Below, in pieces: positions 25,044 through 44,420 of a stretch of 64,000 nucleotides of DNA. The position numbers and the translations under genes were made by a program. Position 1 is the stretch's first letter; every line of letters starts with the position of its first letter. This stretch comes from the human T2T-CHM13v2.0 reference genome, Homo sapiens: assembly GCF_009914755.1 (NCBI RefSeq), contig NC_060936.1. One strand, given 5' to 3'. The notes below the pieces were generated by a model. The model worked only from the letters and a program-made list of their open reading frames with translations, searched no databases and was not told the DNA's origin.

Positions 25044-25072
<29 letters not shown>
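25044..25072. repeat. (CA)n microsatellite
   Basis: Directly visible. Confidence 0.9.
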
Positions 25073-25077
<5 letters not shown>

Positions 25078-26737
25078 TTCTTTGCTGGCAGAGACACATT
25101 TTGTTCCATTGTTTACCCTGCGTTCTACCATGTGCTCAGAGTGAGGAGCCTCTCCCCAACAAGGAAGAGAAAGGAGAATCCTGATAGTCTAAGCTACTAG
25201 CTAAATCTAGCCCACCACCTGTTTTAGTATAGGCCATTTAATGCAATTCTGGCCAGTGAGACATGAGAGAGGTCTTTTGGGAGCTTTTGGAAAAAGCTTT
25301 TCTTTACAAATACCCATGCAAGAAGGAATGGTTCCTTTTCTCAACTCTAGAGATGAGTGTATAAAGATGCAATGCCCGGAACTGATGCAGCCATCCTGAC
25401 CATGAGGACTTAAGTCTATGGGAACAAACTGATATACTCAGGATGGCGGAGAAGGAAAAGGAAACACTCATGTCCTTTGTGATGTTTTTGAGCTGCTGAA
25501 TTTCCTGGAAACACTCCACCTCTGGACAGTGAGATGATAAACCTAAACTTCTTTCTGTGTAAACCATTTTTACCAGGTTTTCTGTTCCTTACAGCCTAAA
25601 GGACAGGGACTCTTTCAAGGCTTTCTCCACACATTACCAAACTGAGCGCATAGAGAGATTGTAGCAATGAACATTTTCTGCAGAACTACATGGGCTTAAC
25701 ATAAAATTTACAAAATAACTTGGAGAAAAATAATACGTGTAAAATATTCAATGTTCTAATATCCACAAACCTGATATCTCCTTTGTTCAAAATTTTAAAA
25801 AATATCTCCTAGTAAATTCCATTATTTACTTAGTCCAGCAATGTGCTGTGAGTTTTTCTAAAGGTTTTACGCTTTTTTGCTGTTATTGTAACTAGAAGCA
25901 TTTTCTCTATTATATCTAACAGAATGTTGCTGGTATATAATAAAGCTATTATTCTTCATGTATAAATCCACAACTTTACTGAGTTGTCAATAAGTTTAGG
26001 AGTGTTACCATACATTTGTTTCTTTTTTATTGTTATGTAATTATGTTGTTTATTTTTTAAAAACTTTTTACTTCCTGCTATCAGCTATATTTCATATGTT
26101 TCATGCTTTATTGTACTGACAAGAAATTCCAAAATAATAAATATCATCTTAGTTTTTTTATTTTAAAGGGAATCTCTAATGTTTCACTATTGAGTATGAC
26201 ATTAAATACTGGTTTAAGAGATATGTATGTGTGGGTGCACAGACATACAAAATTTATTTTTTGGTTTATAATATACATAAATCATGTAAAAAATCTTATT
26301 TTTATAAGAATTATATTTTTTAAATTAACGACAGGTACTGAATTGTCAAATGTAATTTAGGAATCTATTGTGATCATCATATAGTTTATCTTAACTGAAA
26401 CTGACCAAAGAGTCTAGTTACAGACTTCCTTTAAAAAATTCATATTCCTAGGATAAAATGTTACATATACATCCTGAATTACTCTTTTATGAGCATTTCT
26501 TTTTGAACTTTTTCATGTGCTTTATCCGGTGTTTTATTCATATGATTTGGATAGTTCTTCTACTAGAGTGTGATAGCACTCATAGAACAGGGGAATTATC
26601 TCATATCTGGAACTCGAATAAGCTCATTAGTAAAATTGGAAGAGCAACCCACGACCCCATGGTAAAAGGACAAAATTCCCAATAGATGAAGTTAAACGAT
26701 TTATGGAGGAAGGGAAGGCAGTCCTTTGAAATGCTAG

Positions 26738-27053
<316 letters not shown>

Positions 27054-27689
27054 ACAGCTGACATTTCTGACGGCTTTGCTAGATACAGTCCTTGCCTGGA
27101 GGTTCACTTTCCCTTTGTAGCACTTCACCAACTATGCTGTACTTTCCTGATGCTGAGAGTTGGCCATGGCTGGTTTGTTTTATTTTGTTTTTCTACTGTA
27201 CCAGAAATACTGCTCCATGTTTTCAGACAGTGTTATATAGGAGGAGAGGAGGAGAGAGTTTCTCCATTTCTGAACACAGGACCACTGCCTGTCCATTTCC
27301 CACCATCCCCATGTGTATCAGTTATCCAGTTCACAATAATGCTGTGCAAAAGCAATCAGAGGACCTCACTAGCATACAGCAGTAAGGGCTCATAACTCAA
27401 GTGTCTGGAGTGGTCAGTTAGGTGGCTCTGCTGATCCTGGCTGAGATTACTGGCCCTGGAGTAATTACCACCCTGTAATCAGCTGGTTCTTTGCTGATTT
27501 AGGAAGTCTTTGGCTGGGAAGTTTAGGGTAATTCAGCTCTGCTCTGAGAACATCTGCAAGACAATGGTGTATGTGCAAGAGAGCAAGCAGGATCATGCAG
27601 TCTCTTAAGACCTGGGCTTGGAGCTGGCATACCCTCCATCACTACTACTGCATCCTGTTGGCCAAAGCCAATGTCAAGAGGCCAGCCCA

Positions 27690-28136
<447 letters not shown>

Positions 28137-29234
28137 CTACATCTACACATCAGTGATCCTGCATCTTTTCCTCTCACATCTTCTCTCCACCATACTGTTT
28201 GGCCACAAGTTACCCCTCCCCTGCAGAAAAGACAGTGGCTTTCGTTAGCCCAGCACTTTAGCTGTCTCAGAGACCCAAAGGAGTAGCTGGGCCTTCCGGT
28301 CAGGGTAAGGAACAAGAACTGCTAAGTGAGCTGTTCAAGGCTCTCTCAGGTGGGAAGGGCTGGGGGAAAGAACACAGTCTCCATGGCTGGGTATGACTCA
28401 GGGAAGAATGGCCGTTGGGGAGCCATGTTCCACATCTCCACCTTACAGTGAATCAGGAATACAGAAAATCAAGGTTGAGGCTATACACAGTAACACTCAC
28501 TAGTGGCACAGCTTTGTCCACATCAGCAAGTCTAAGTGCAGGCTCTGCTGTTGCTAACTGCCTGACCTCGGGCAAGCCTTCTATCTCTTAGGATATTTAA
28601 AAAACCAATGGGTTGGACGAGTCTCAGTGAGCCTTCCAGCACCAACCTTCCACACCTATAGATTTTATTTTGTTACCAAACTAAACTCTCTTCACACATA
28701 TTCATTCTTCATGTCAACTTGTAGTACGACTATCTGCTCACAATTTTAAAAATCAGAAGAAACACCAACAACAGCATAACCTTCAACCCAACTTCTCCAG
28801 ATGAGTATCATACCACCTCAGGTGAACAAAGGCGGGCTAAGATTATTATTCTATCAAAGCAGCTTCATGTAAAGAAAGAGAATGGAATGTGTACATTTTT
28901 CAGGGCAGTGCACATTCATCTGTGATTGAAGAATGATTCAGATCTGTTTCAAGCAATAATTTAATTTTTCACAGTGAAAATTATCATTTCCCCAATTTTC
29001 AGTTTTTTTAATTCAACTTATTTTTTGAATAGGTGATACATGTACATGGCTTTAAATTCACAAGCTACAAAATAATATAAAGTTTAAAAGTAAGTTTTCC
29101 TGTCACTCCTGCCCCTATGCAATTCAGTTGCTCTCCTCAGTGACAACCACAGTTACCACATGCTCGGTACATACAATAAGTGCAAGTGCATGTGTATGCA
29201 GGTGAGCAAGCATGTGTGCACACACACACTATTC

Positions 29235-29544
<310 letters not shown>

Positions 29545-29887
29545 TAAATGGTATTATCCTAAAAACATTATTTTCCATCTTGCTTTTTTCCCTCCTAATA
29601 TTATATCGCAGACATTACTTCATAAAGAGTAGCCTCAGACTTTTCAAAGACTGTATCATATTCTGTTGTATAGCTATTCTATTTAACCAGTGCCTGAAAA
29701 CTAATGAATATTTACGATGTTTTTGGTATTTTGCTCTTTTAAACAATGTTACCATGAGTACCTTTGTACACAGGGCATTTTGCACAGGTGCAAGAATATC
29801 TGTAGGATAAATTCCTACATAGTCACTCTCTGCACAACCATGTATTCATAACTTAGATACAGCCAAACCACTTCCAGAGACACTAGA

Positions 29888-30080
29888 CTGGGGTTGCAAA
29901 CTATATCCCACAGGTCAAATCTAGTCCACGAGCTAAGGATATTTTTGTTTTTAAAGAGTTGTTTTAAAAAAAAGAAAAGAAGAAAAAGGAGAGGGAGAAG
30001 GAAGAACATGTGACAGAGACCTTATGAGGCCTTCAAATATTTACTATCTGGCCCTTTCAGAAAAACTTTCCTGAGCCCTA
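29888..30080. mobile_element. MER58A-like hAT MITE
   Basis: ggggttgcaaact...atatttactatctggccctttcagaaaaaactttcc. Confidence 0.65.
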
Positions 30081-30480
30081 CACCAATTTACAGCCCCATC
30101 AGCAATGTATAACAGTGAATGTTTTTCCACTATTTCCATTCTAATCTTTGTTCAAATTAAGATTTAAGGTAATGCTTCAAGTTTTGTTTCAGTTGAAGAA
30201 AATAAGGCACTCATAAAACACTTACATCATGGCACTATGATCTTTCCAGGCAAAAATATGGCTTGTTCTAGGACACAAACATAAAGCGACACTTGAACTT
30301 CTCGCCTCACATTCACAGGTGGTGAGAAAAGGTTAGAACCTCCAACTGTTAGAACCGGAAGGAACTTTAAAGGTTATCTGATGTAAGAGTTACAGATTCT
30401 GTGTACCATTAAAATTTCAAAACAAATTTAAAGGATTAAAACAATGTTGTCAATTTTTTATGTTGCCAATAAAGTCATTA

Positions 30481-30840
<360 letters not shown>

Positions 30841-31072
30841 TCATAAAGGAATTTAACATTAAAAGTAGGGCATTCCCAATATTAGAATAAAGGAGAGTCC
30901 ATTACATTAAATATACTTACCTTCACGAAAAGCCAAACACATCACCATTTTCCTTCTGCCTTTGCTTCACATTGAGGAAAACTCCATGTCAAACCCATGT
31001 GGAAACCAACTTCACTGTTTCCTAAACAATCAAAAGACCCTATACCCAAATGAATGCTCAAGATTCAATTCT

Positions 31073-31383
31073 GGGCTGGGCACAGTGGCTCATACCTGTA
31101 ATCCCAGCACTCTGAGAGGCCGAGGCGTGTGGATCGCACGAGGCCAGGAGTTCAAGACCAGCCTTGCCAACATGATGAAACTTTGTCTGTACTAAAAATA
31201 CAAAAATTAGCTGGGCTTGGTGGTGCATGCCTGTAATCCCAGCCACTCAGGAGGCTGAGGCAGGAGATTCACTTGACCTGGGAGGCAGAGGTTGCAGTGA
31301 ACCAAGATCACGCCACTGCACTCCAGCCTGGGCGACAGAGTAAGACCCAGCCTCAAAAAAAAAAAAAAAAAAAAAAAGAAAAA
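31073..31383 (+). mobile_element. AluS
   Basis: Dimer; TSD AAGATTCAATTCTG. Confidence 0.9.
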
Positions 31384-31874
31384 GATTCAATTCTGATGAC
31401 AATGAATTTATGGCAGACCTAGAACTAGAACCCAGGACCTATGTCTGCCAATCCCCCTAAATTTTCCCCTACACCACATTCTCCACATGTCCCAAAATCA
31501 CAAAACAAATGACCAGGATAACTGGTCCCACAGCACCCCAGCCAGTCTCTTCCTTCCTACATCACTGCTCTTCCCTCTCAAGTGTGATCGCTTATCTCTC
31601 AGCCAAAATGTGTTTTCAGTCCTCTTCGCTGGGAGGCAGGGGAGCAAAACAACAACAAAACTGGACATTTTCTCTCTTCTTAGTAGCTGGAGAATCCTAA
31701 ATTCATGCAGACTCAAATGGCAATCACCCATTCATTCTAAATGTGTTTTTCCCCCATCAATCCTTATAAATAGCCTCCACCTCACTCTCCTTTGCTGTGT
31801 AAGGTGGAGAGGGACTGGGGTCCCTGGAAACACATGCATGAGCTTCTATGGGCACTTAAGCATCAACCCAAGGG

Positions 31875-32742
31875 TCTTCCAGATGGTTGACAAGAGGCAT
31901 CTCCTACAGCTTCTTCCACAAGAAGAACCAAAATAGCGAGTAGATAGTCACACTTCAAATAGATCATCTAAGACAGACCACTGGAATTCAACAGAGAAAT
32001 GACAGGAAACATCTAAAGCAGGGAAGGAGACAGAAGCAAGGCAGCCTACTCTGCCAGGGTGGGCCGGCATCCAGGACAGGCTTCCCAATGGAGAGAAAGG
32101 GTAAGTGCCACATTCCCACCACGGACTCCTGCAATCTTAGCCACAAGAGAGCCCCTCCACTCTGGGGGGCCCAGAGACTAACCTAAGGCACTGCCTGGAG
32201 ACTGTGCAACCAGAGACATTGCTCCAGACGGGGAACTCATGCTGGGTCCCACAAACCCCAAGTCTTAAGCACCTACAGCACAGTGCCACTTTGAAAGCCC
32301 AGCTCCCACCAGACTGCAACCAGTCCCGGGCCCAACAGCCCCTGCATCTCCACATCCCCGGAGTCCCACTGACATTTCTCCCCCTCAGCCACCATTGCAG
32401 GGGCCAAGAAGGCAGCCACTGGAAACAACTCGACCCAGTTTTCACCCCCTGCAGAGAGGCAGCTGTGCATTTTCACATGCCCCAGGACAATTCCACTGAC
32501 CACAGCTAGTCATGCAGGTAGTTATGGGCCAAAGCTAGTGAAGTACACATCCCTCAGACCCCTGCCTATGGCTGCTCCCACTGAAAGCAACCCTGCCCTC
32601 CCCAGTAGCAGGGCCACAGCACACAGGCTGCTGCCTGCACCTGGCCATTTCCCCAGTGGCCTATAGGGATCACCCTACCCCTGCCTGGCTGTGGAGCCAG
32701 TGCCTACACACGCCACCAGGGGTGGGACAGAGGACAGCTTGA
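31875..32742 (+). mobile_element. Probable 5'UTR of an L1MA-type element
   Basis: Starts ccagatggttgacaagaggc...aagaagaaccaaaatagcgagtagat, resembling old L1 5' ends; GC-rich; abuts ORF2 sequence. Confidence 0.5.
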
Positions 32743-35490
<2,748 letters not shown>

Positions 35491-36984
35491 GAATTAGCTT
35501 CCCCTGAAATTAAGAGCCAAGGATACTTCAACGGGCTTGGATACAGAGCTACAGAAACACAGCATCTTTATCAGATCCAAGACCTGGCCTTCCTCTGCCC
35601 TCCCTGGTGCTCTTTCATCCAACATTTGGCTTTCTTCTGTGTGCATGGCACCATTCATTTGCTCCTGTGGCTGCTCATGTATCTGTCCTGACATAGGAGT
35701 CAGCCTCATTTTGTGCCATCTACCACGAGGGTGCAACCCTCCTTCTAGTACAGCTATGTCAGCCCCTGCCACTCAGACACCCAGCCCCTGCTCTGTGCTG
35801 CTAGGCACTATGGTTTCCAGCTAGCCCTGCAGCTAAAGCTAAATGATGCTCTGGACTGCAAAGCTTCCCATAGTCCTTCCAGCATCATAAGAAAAATCCA
35901 TTTGAGAGCAGTGAGCATTGACAATAGCTTTAATAAATAACAGTGTTGGCTCAATCTGCTCTATTTTCAATTAAGATTTTAGCTCTCACACAGCAGGGTT
36001 TTAATAGGACTCCTAAGCCTAGGAGTAGGTCATTGAGAATTTATAACACCTTTTTTAATGAACCAAATAGCAAGACTTTTGCCGCCATCCCAGGTTGCTT
36101 TTGTATTTGTTTTTAAGTCTTCTTCTGTCTCCCATTGCTCCAAAACATAGTTGAGGACATTTTCCTCTCATGAAACTATGTTACTCCTTCCCCACTAGTA
36201 ATTACTACCTCAGTTTCTTATTCCCTTACAAAGCTTTTTAATAGGACTAGTAATCCAAGGGAGAAACTAATTAGTAGATGGAATTTTTCCTTGTAATATG
36301 CTGTGGTCAAAAACATGCAAATTCTCACCAGGATCCCAAGAAATGAAACACATATCCCAAGAAGACTCAATATAGGAAAGGGGAGATGTGATCTCTCTGC
36401 CAATACTTCATGTTTCCCTCAAGATGACTTCTGCAGGTTTTGGCAGCAGGCTCCAGATAACATCACAACCCTATAAATCAGCTCCGCCGTGCAGATGTGA
36501 TTTAGTTAGTTATTCCCAGGAACAACAGGAGGTTGATTTGGACTTCATATTGGAGGTAAATGAAGGGGCCAGCCTTAGAGACTCTGACCTCTTTGTTGTG
36601 GGACAGAGGGACTATCTTGCTTACTACACCAAGGTATTAGCTTCCTGGCTTGAAGTTTGTATTCCAAGATGTGTCCCACTGAAGAGATGGGCAGGAGATG
36701 ACAGGACTCAAATACGCCTTCAGAGTCATGAAATGGTGGACATAGAAGAGGCCACAGGGGTTATCAAGGAAAACAGCGAGTTAAACGGACACATGAATAG
36801 AAGAATGGTGAATGAAATAGGACAGATATGTATGCATAAATTTTCCCAATGTCAAGGTTTGTGATATGCCACATGCTTGGGCCTTTTTTCAACCTTTCCA
36901 CTCATTCAACAAATAGTTATTGTGTGCCTAATGGGTACCAGGTTCCCAACAGTACTAAGCACTAGGGAAATGGTGGTGAACTAG

Positions 36985-37598
<614 letters not shown>

Positions 37599-37937
37599 AC
37601 ATTTCTTCACATCGCTTACAGTCTAGAGTTTACAGTTTAGTTAATAAACAAAATTACAACTGCTGCCCATTAAAAAAAACAAAACAACAACAACAACAAA
37701 AAAACGCATGTCAAATGGTTGGAGAAGGAAGAGTTTAATACATTTACTGATATTCTGAACAACTGAGAATTATCATAGATAGAATAAAAGGGTTCTCAAT
37801 TTATCAATAAGTAGACTTACCTTAACTACTTTACATATATATATGTAAACCAAAATAACAATTCTATTCATTCAGAAAATGTTTATTGAGGACCAGCTAT
37901 ATGCTAGTCACAAAGTAACTGACAAAAGTCCTGTCCT

Positions 37938-38241
37938 GGGCAGGGCACAGTGGCTCACGCCTGTAATCCCAGGACATTGGGAGGCTGAGGCAGGTGGATC
38001 ACTTGAGGTCAGGAGTTCGAGACCAGCCTGGCCAATATGGTGAAACCCCATCTCCATTAAAAATACAAAAATTACCCAGGCATGGTGGCACATGCCTGTA
38101 ATCCCAGCTATTTAGGAGGCTGGGGCAGGAGAATGGCATGAACCCAGGAGGCAGAGGTTGCAGTGAGCTGAGATCGCACCATGGCACTCTAGCCCAGGCA
38201 ACAGAGTGAGACTCTGTCTCAAGAAAAAAGAAAAAAAAAAA
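37938..38241 (+). mobile_element. AluS
   Basis: Dimer. Confidence 0.9.
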
Positions 38242-38967
38242 ATCCTGTCCTTAATGAGCTCATAATCTAAATAAAAAGATGAAAAAAACTAACAAAGAGC
38301 TTCAATATGGGTGACAAAGTCTTTAACGAAGGATGGAAAAATTCTGAGAGAATGGGGTGGGGCAGGTTATTACCTTATTAGGGCTGGGAGGAGGGCAGTA
38401 CTTGGGACTTGAAGCTGAGCCTTGAAGGGTGAGTGAGGTGATACCAGAAGGAAGGAGTTGAGGAGTCCCTTTCAGATGGAGGGAACAGCATGTACATTCC
38501 TAACTGAAAATAGTGCCTGCTGGGTGGGCAGGGAGTGCATCTGGGCAGCAGCCAAAGAGAAGCCTAGAAAGGGAGACAGAGGCCACACCCTGAAGGACTC
38601 TGTCGGCCCTGACAGTGTGGCTGGACTTGATCTTGTGGGCAATGGAAGGCCACCGCTGTGTCTTGACCGACAACATGATTAGATCTGCATGTCGGAAACG
38701 TGGTTCTGGCTGATGTAACATGTACTTCCTCCATCACTGAAGTTGTGGCTGCAGATGGAAAAACCAGAGGAAGGGAAATGGCCCAGGTGAGCAACGTTGG
38801 TGAGGTGGCAGAAGGAGAAGCATCTTCATTTTTTCTTTCAACTTTGATTCCAATGAAAGAAACATATCTAAAAAGAGTTTATCCATTATGACTCAGTCTG
38901 ATCTCTTCATAAACACTAAATCCTACAATCATATTACAAGAGGAATAAAACTGCTTGACCTAGTAAT

Positions 38968-39249
38968 TTCTTGTTTTGAGACAGGGTCTTGCTCTGTTGC
39001 CCAGGCTGGAGTGCAGTGACTCACTGCAGCCTCAACCTCGTGGGTTCAAGCCATTCTCCTACCTCAGCCTCCTGTGTAGCTGGGACTACAGGCACACAAG
39101 CCACCATACCTAGCTAACTTTTAAATTTTTTTGTAGAGACAAGGTCTCACTATTTTGCCGAGGCTGGTTTTGAACTCCTGTGCTCAAGTAATCTGCCCAC
39201 CTTGGCCTCCCAAAGTGCAGGATTACAAGCGTGAGCCACAGCCCCTGGC
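38968..39249 (-). mobile_element. AluJ
   Basis: Diverged reverse Alu. Confidence 0.85.
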
Positions 39250-39798
39250 TGATCTAGTGATTTCATTAAGGAATTCCCAAGAAAACAATCTAGATGAGAG
39301 AAAATAATTTTTCTCAAAGATGTTTTTAACTATGCTACTTAAAATAGCCAACAAATGAAAATAATCCAAACATCTAAAAATAAAGGATGGTTAAGCCAAA
39401 TGTCATCTATCAACATGACTAAATACTACATAAACATTAAATTAACTACAGCCATGCATGGGAATGTGTATGGGAGCAAAAGCAGACTCCAAAACATGAT
39501 ATGCACAACAGCTACAAGCTTAAGTACCTACTATGTGCCAGGCCCAATGCTAGGTTCTGGGGACACAGAAATACACCAGACAAGGTCCCTGTCTTCTGAA
39601 CTCACAGTTCACTAGGAAAGTTGGACTCACACAATTGTAACAAGAACAAAGCATGGCACAAAGAGAGCCCAGAGGAGGAGTTGCCCAACTTAGAGCCAAC
39701 ACACAAACACAACACAAATGTGAATGTTCAAGTCTGCAGCAGAATCACTCATCAATTATAAATTTTGATGACCCCAAACACATACTTGTTAATTTTGT

Positions 39799-40087
<289 letters not shown>

Positions 40088-40219
40088 ATTGTTAGATTAT
40101 CCCGGACATGTAAAACCTAAGATGAGGAACACTCAAATCCCCAAGAATATTGCATGGAGCCTTTTAAGAGTCCTTGGATGCTAGTTTGAGAAACAAAGAT
40201 CTAATAGCAGGAAGGTGCC

Positions 40220-40529
40220 TGTATTCGTCCATTTTCACACTGCTATAAAGATACTACCTGAGACTGGGTAATTTATAAACAAAAGAGGTTTAATTGACTC
40301 AGTTCTGCACGGCTGGGAAGGCCTCAGGAAACTTAGAATCATGGTGGAAGGCAAAGAGGAAACAAGGCACGTCTTACATGGCAGCAGGAGAGAGGTGGGG
40401 AACTGCCAAACACTTTTAAACCATCTGTTCTTGTGAGAACTCACTATCACAAGAACATCATGGGGAAAACCACTGGGGATTACAATTCGAGATGAGATTT
40501 GTGTGGGAACACAGCGCCAAACCAAATTA
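40220..40529 (-). mobile_element. MSTA/THE1-type MaLR LTR
   Basis: tgtattcgtccatttt...gagactgggtaatttata...acacagcgccaaacc. Confidence 0.8.
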
Positions 40530-40844
40530 GCTCCAGTGGACAGGAAGGAAGACAAAGGCCCAATAGCATCCGGCTCCTGATTAGGGTCAAGAGGGAGGAA
40601 GAGTCAGAGATGATGTCAAAGTTTGAAGCCTCTGCATCTGGAAAAATGGCAACAGGGCTCCCTGATATAAGAAACCTAAAAGAAAAGATCAGGTTTGAGA
40701 GTAAGAATAAGTTCTATTTTTCATATATTGAGTTTAAGAAACATTAGAGAGTAGGAAAGTGGTGGTATTCAGGAATTTGCTGAAAGTTATCTCTGGAGAC
40801 TTGGAGACACAGAGTAGAGACCCAGTATCCAAAGACATCTTCCA

Positions 40845-41247
<403 letters not shown>

Positions 41248-42322
41248 TCACATATTTGTTAGGCATCTACTTACTTTCAAAGGATTAGCTCCTTAAAATT
41301 AATAAAAACAGGGATATAGTATAAAGGATCAGAGTGAATACATTGATCTCGTATTTTTTCCATGGGAAAAATTCTCTACTTTTATAACGAATACAGCTTG
41401 AAAGATGATTTGATTTTAAAAAGGATTAATATTAAAGCTTATTTTTTCTACAGTGATTTATTTCATGATCATCTTCCTTCTAGCCTGTGAACTTCCAAGA
41501 TAAGGACTGTGGAACTATGCCTTATTTAAATTGCTAACAAGGTACCTGGAAAATAGTAAATACTTAATATTTGTGGTAGGAGTTTTGTAAACAGAAGAAT
41601 ACTTTGTTGTGGCTCTCAAACATCAGGAAGTTGCAGAGTACTATATGAGAGCATTTGTGTGTATGTACATACTACTGAATTCTACTGCGGTAAACAATCT
41701 GGGCTTCCAGTGTGGAGGTGGATGCTTTCATTCATTTGAAATCTACAATTACTCACATGTAAATTAGCAGCAATGCAGAAAATGTGAGAAATTCAGAATT
41801 AGTTTATCTTTTTAGAACTACCGAGATTCTTTTTGTGTTTGTGATCTATATGTGCCAACACTACAATTGTGTTATTTCCAGAAATAACTCAAAAAGACAT
41901 TTTCAATGATGAGTTTTGAGTAGCAAAACTGGAAAGGATATTGTCAATCTGTTGTACATTTATGATGTGCACAATCTAGACTTTCCTTCACAAATATGCT
42001 TCAATGCACAGAAGAAGGTGAAAACAACACCATAAATCTCAGGGCTGCAGAGGGAGAGCTGAAGGGGTAAAAAACGCAATTGGAGTTCATTCACCAGGTT
42101 GGACAATGAAACACCAGCTCTTGCTCTGCTTCTACTTGCTGAAACAGACGTCCCCAAGAAGATAAAGGGAAGATACTTTGTACCCTTCCTGACCCTCTTT
42201 CTTCCTATACCTTTATTGTTCATGAAGACAAATGGTATGAAATTTTAGTGAAAAAGTCCAAGCTTGGGTTGAGGGAAGTATTTGGTTTACTTAAATCCAT
42301 TGCTGAGGTTTATGGAACATAT

Positions 42323-42478
42323 CAGAGCTTCCCAAAGTCTAAAAAATTTAGACTTCTAGGTCCTATCATAGAAATGCTGATTCTGTAAGTCTGGGGTGAG
42401 CCTGGGAATTTGTATTTCCTGAAAGCCCCACTCACTTCCACAACTGATTCTAATAACCAGCCCAGTTTGTGAACCATG
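42323..42478. mobile_element. MER5A-like hAT MITE
   Basis: gctgattctgtaagtctggggtgagcctgggaatttgtattt...agtttgtgaacca. Confidence 0.55.
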
Positions 42479-43359
42479 AACGAGAGACTACACTCAGACT
42501 TGGCAAACATAAACTGTCTCACTTGATTCTGACAAATCAAGTGCATGTCAATCATCTCTATTTCACAGATGTGAAAAATAAGTCACAAGCCTGTATGCGT
42601 CAGTTTAGAGGTCATAGTGCAATGCTGCCTCCATTACACCATTATTTGAGCACCAAATTTCTGAGCATAGGTGAACTCTAACCTGATCTTGGGTCTCATC
42701 TCACAGACTATTCATGCAACCAACCAATAACTGTGGTGTGCCTGAACAGTTCTTGCACCTGTCCATAGTTCAGAGAGACCTCTGCATCCCAAATAACCAC
42801 TATTCACTACATAAGCACTAAAAAAATCCATTCAAATAGAACTTCAATAAATTTGTATTAGAGCACACAGCTTGTAATACTCAACTAATTTCATTTTATA
42901 ACCAGTAATGAGAAATTATCTGAAAATGAATAAAGAAAACAAATAGATCTTTCCAAACCCACTTCTGTAAAGGAAACAATATCCTTGCCCTTACTACTTC
43001 TGTAACATTCTGCTGAATGCTAATTGCTTTATTTTAATTTTAATGCAAAATTCTACATTTCTGATTAATGCAACTTACCAGGATCCCAAAGAATAGAAAT
43101 GAGATCCCATGTCATCAAGAAAGGGTGCCATGAGCATCAAGTAGAGGTGTGTGAGGGAGAGAGAGAGGAGGCAGCAAGTGATGAAGGCGGAAGACTGAAA
43201 TGTCCTGGTTTCAGTTGGGTTTCTGGTTTTCTATCCATGTCACTCTGCATTACCTCCTGAATAGGTAGACGGACTTTGGCAGAAAAGGATGGCTCACATA
43301 CTGGAAAACAATTGCACGCATACCTGGAATACATTAGAGGAATCTCTAATGCTTTAGGG

Positions 43360-43694
43360 CAAAGGGTGGCAAATTACAATCCACCGGCCAAATCCAGCCC
43401 ATGACCTGTTTTCGTATTATCCACAAGCTAAGGATGGTTTTTACATGTTTAAATGATTGAAAAAAAATCAGAATAATAGTATTTTATGACATGTGAAAAT
43501 GATATGAAATCCAGATTTCAGCATCCATAAGTAAAGTTTTATTGGAACACAACCACATTCATTCATTTCATGTGTTGTCTATGGTTGCTTTCACATTTTA
43601 AGGCAGAGTTAAGTCATTGCAATAAGAGACCCTATGGCCCACAAAGCCTATATTTCCTATCTGCCTCTTCACAGAAAAAGTTTGTGAACTCCCA
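43360..43694. mobile_element. MER58B hAT-Charlie element
   Basis: Degenerate TIRs; 8-bp TSD CTTTAGGG (43352-43359) / TTTTAGGG (43695-43702); aaagttttattggaacac core. Confidence 0.8.
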
Positions 43695-44125
43695 TTTTAG
43701 GGCAAAGGAGGGGTGTTAGGTTACTTCCTGAAAACTGACTCTGACCTAGCCTTAGTTTGCTGAATATGAAATAAAATACTGAACTTAGAATCATCTGAAA
43801 TACATTTCCTTTGATATTGACCTGTAAAGTATAACACAATCTAGTTATCCCTGCCTGAGTGTCCCAGTATTGAATTGAGACTATTCCTGTGGCTTCTTAG
43901 CCCAAAAACAGGGGCGGGGAAGGCCTTCTGCACATTCAACTCCATTACTGGAATGATGAACGCATAAAGAGAGGAGCCCAGCATACTAACCCAGCAGAGC
44001 CCTCTGCACAGGCTGCGTTTGAGCCTTCCTTTTAGCAAAGGGAATAGGTAGCTTTACCCTGTCAGCAACTATCTCGAGCACTGCTGTCATTTTCCCAGCA
44101 TTGATATTCAAAAATCAGAACTGCG

Positions 44126-44420
<295 letters not shown>

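Noticed and set aside
36424-36864. 146-codon ATG ORF in apparently non-repeat DNA
   Set aside because: No recognisable homology, promoter or splice context; compatible with chance. PhyloCSF or Ribo-seq would be needed
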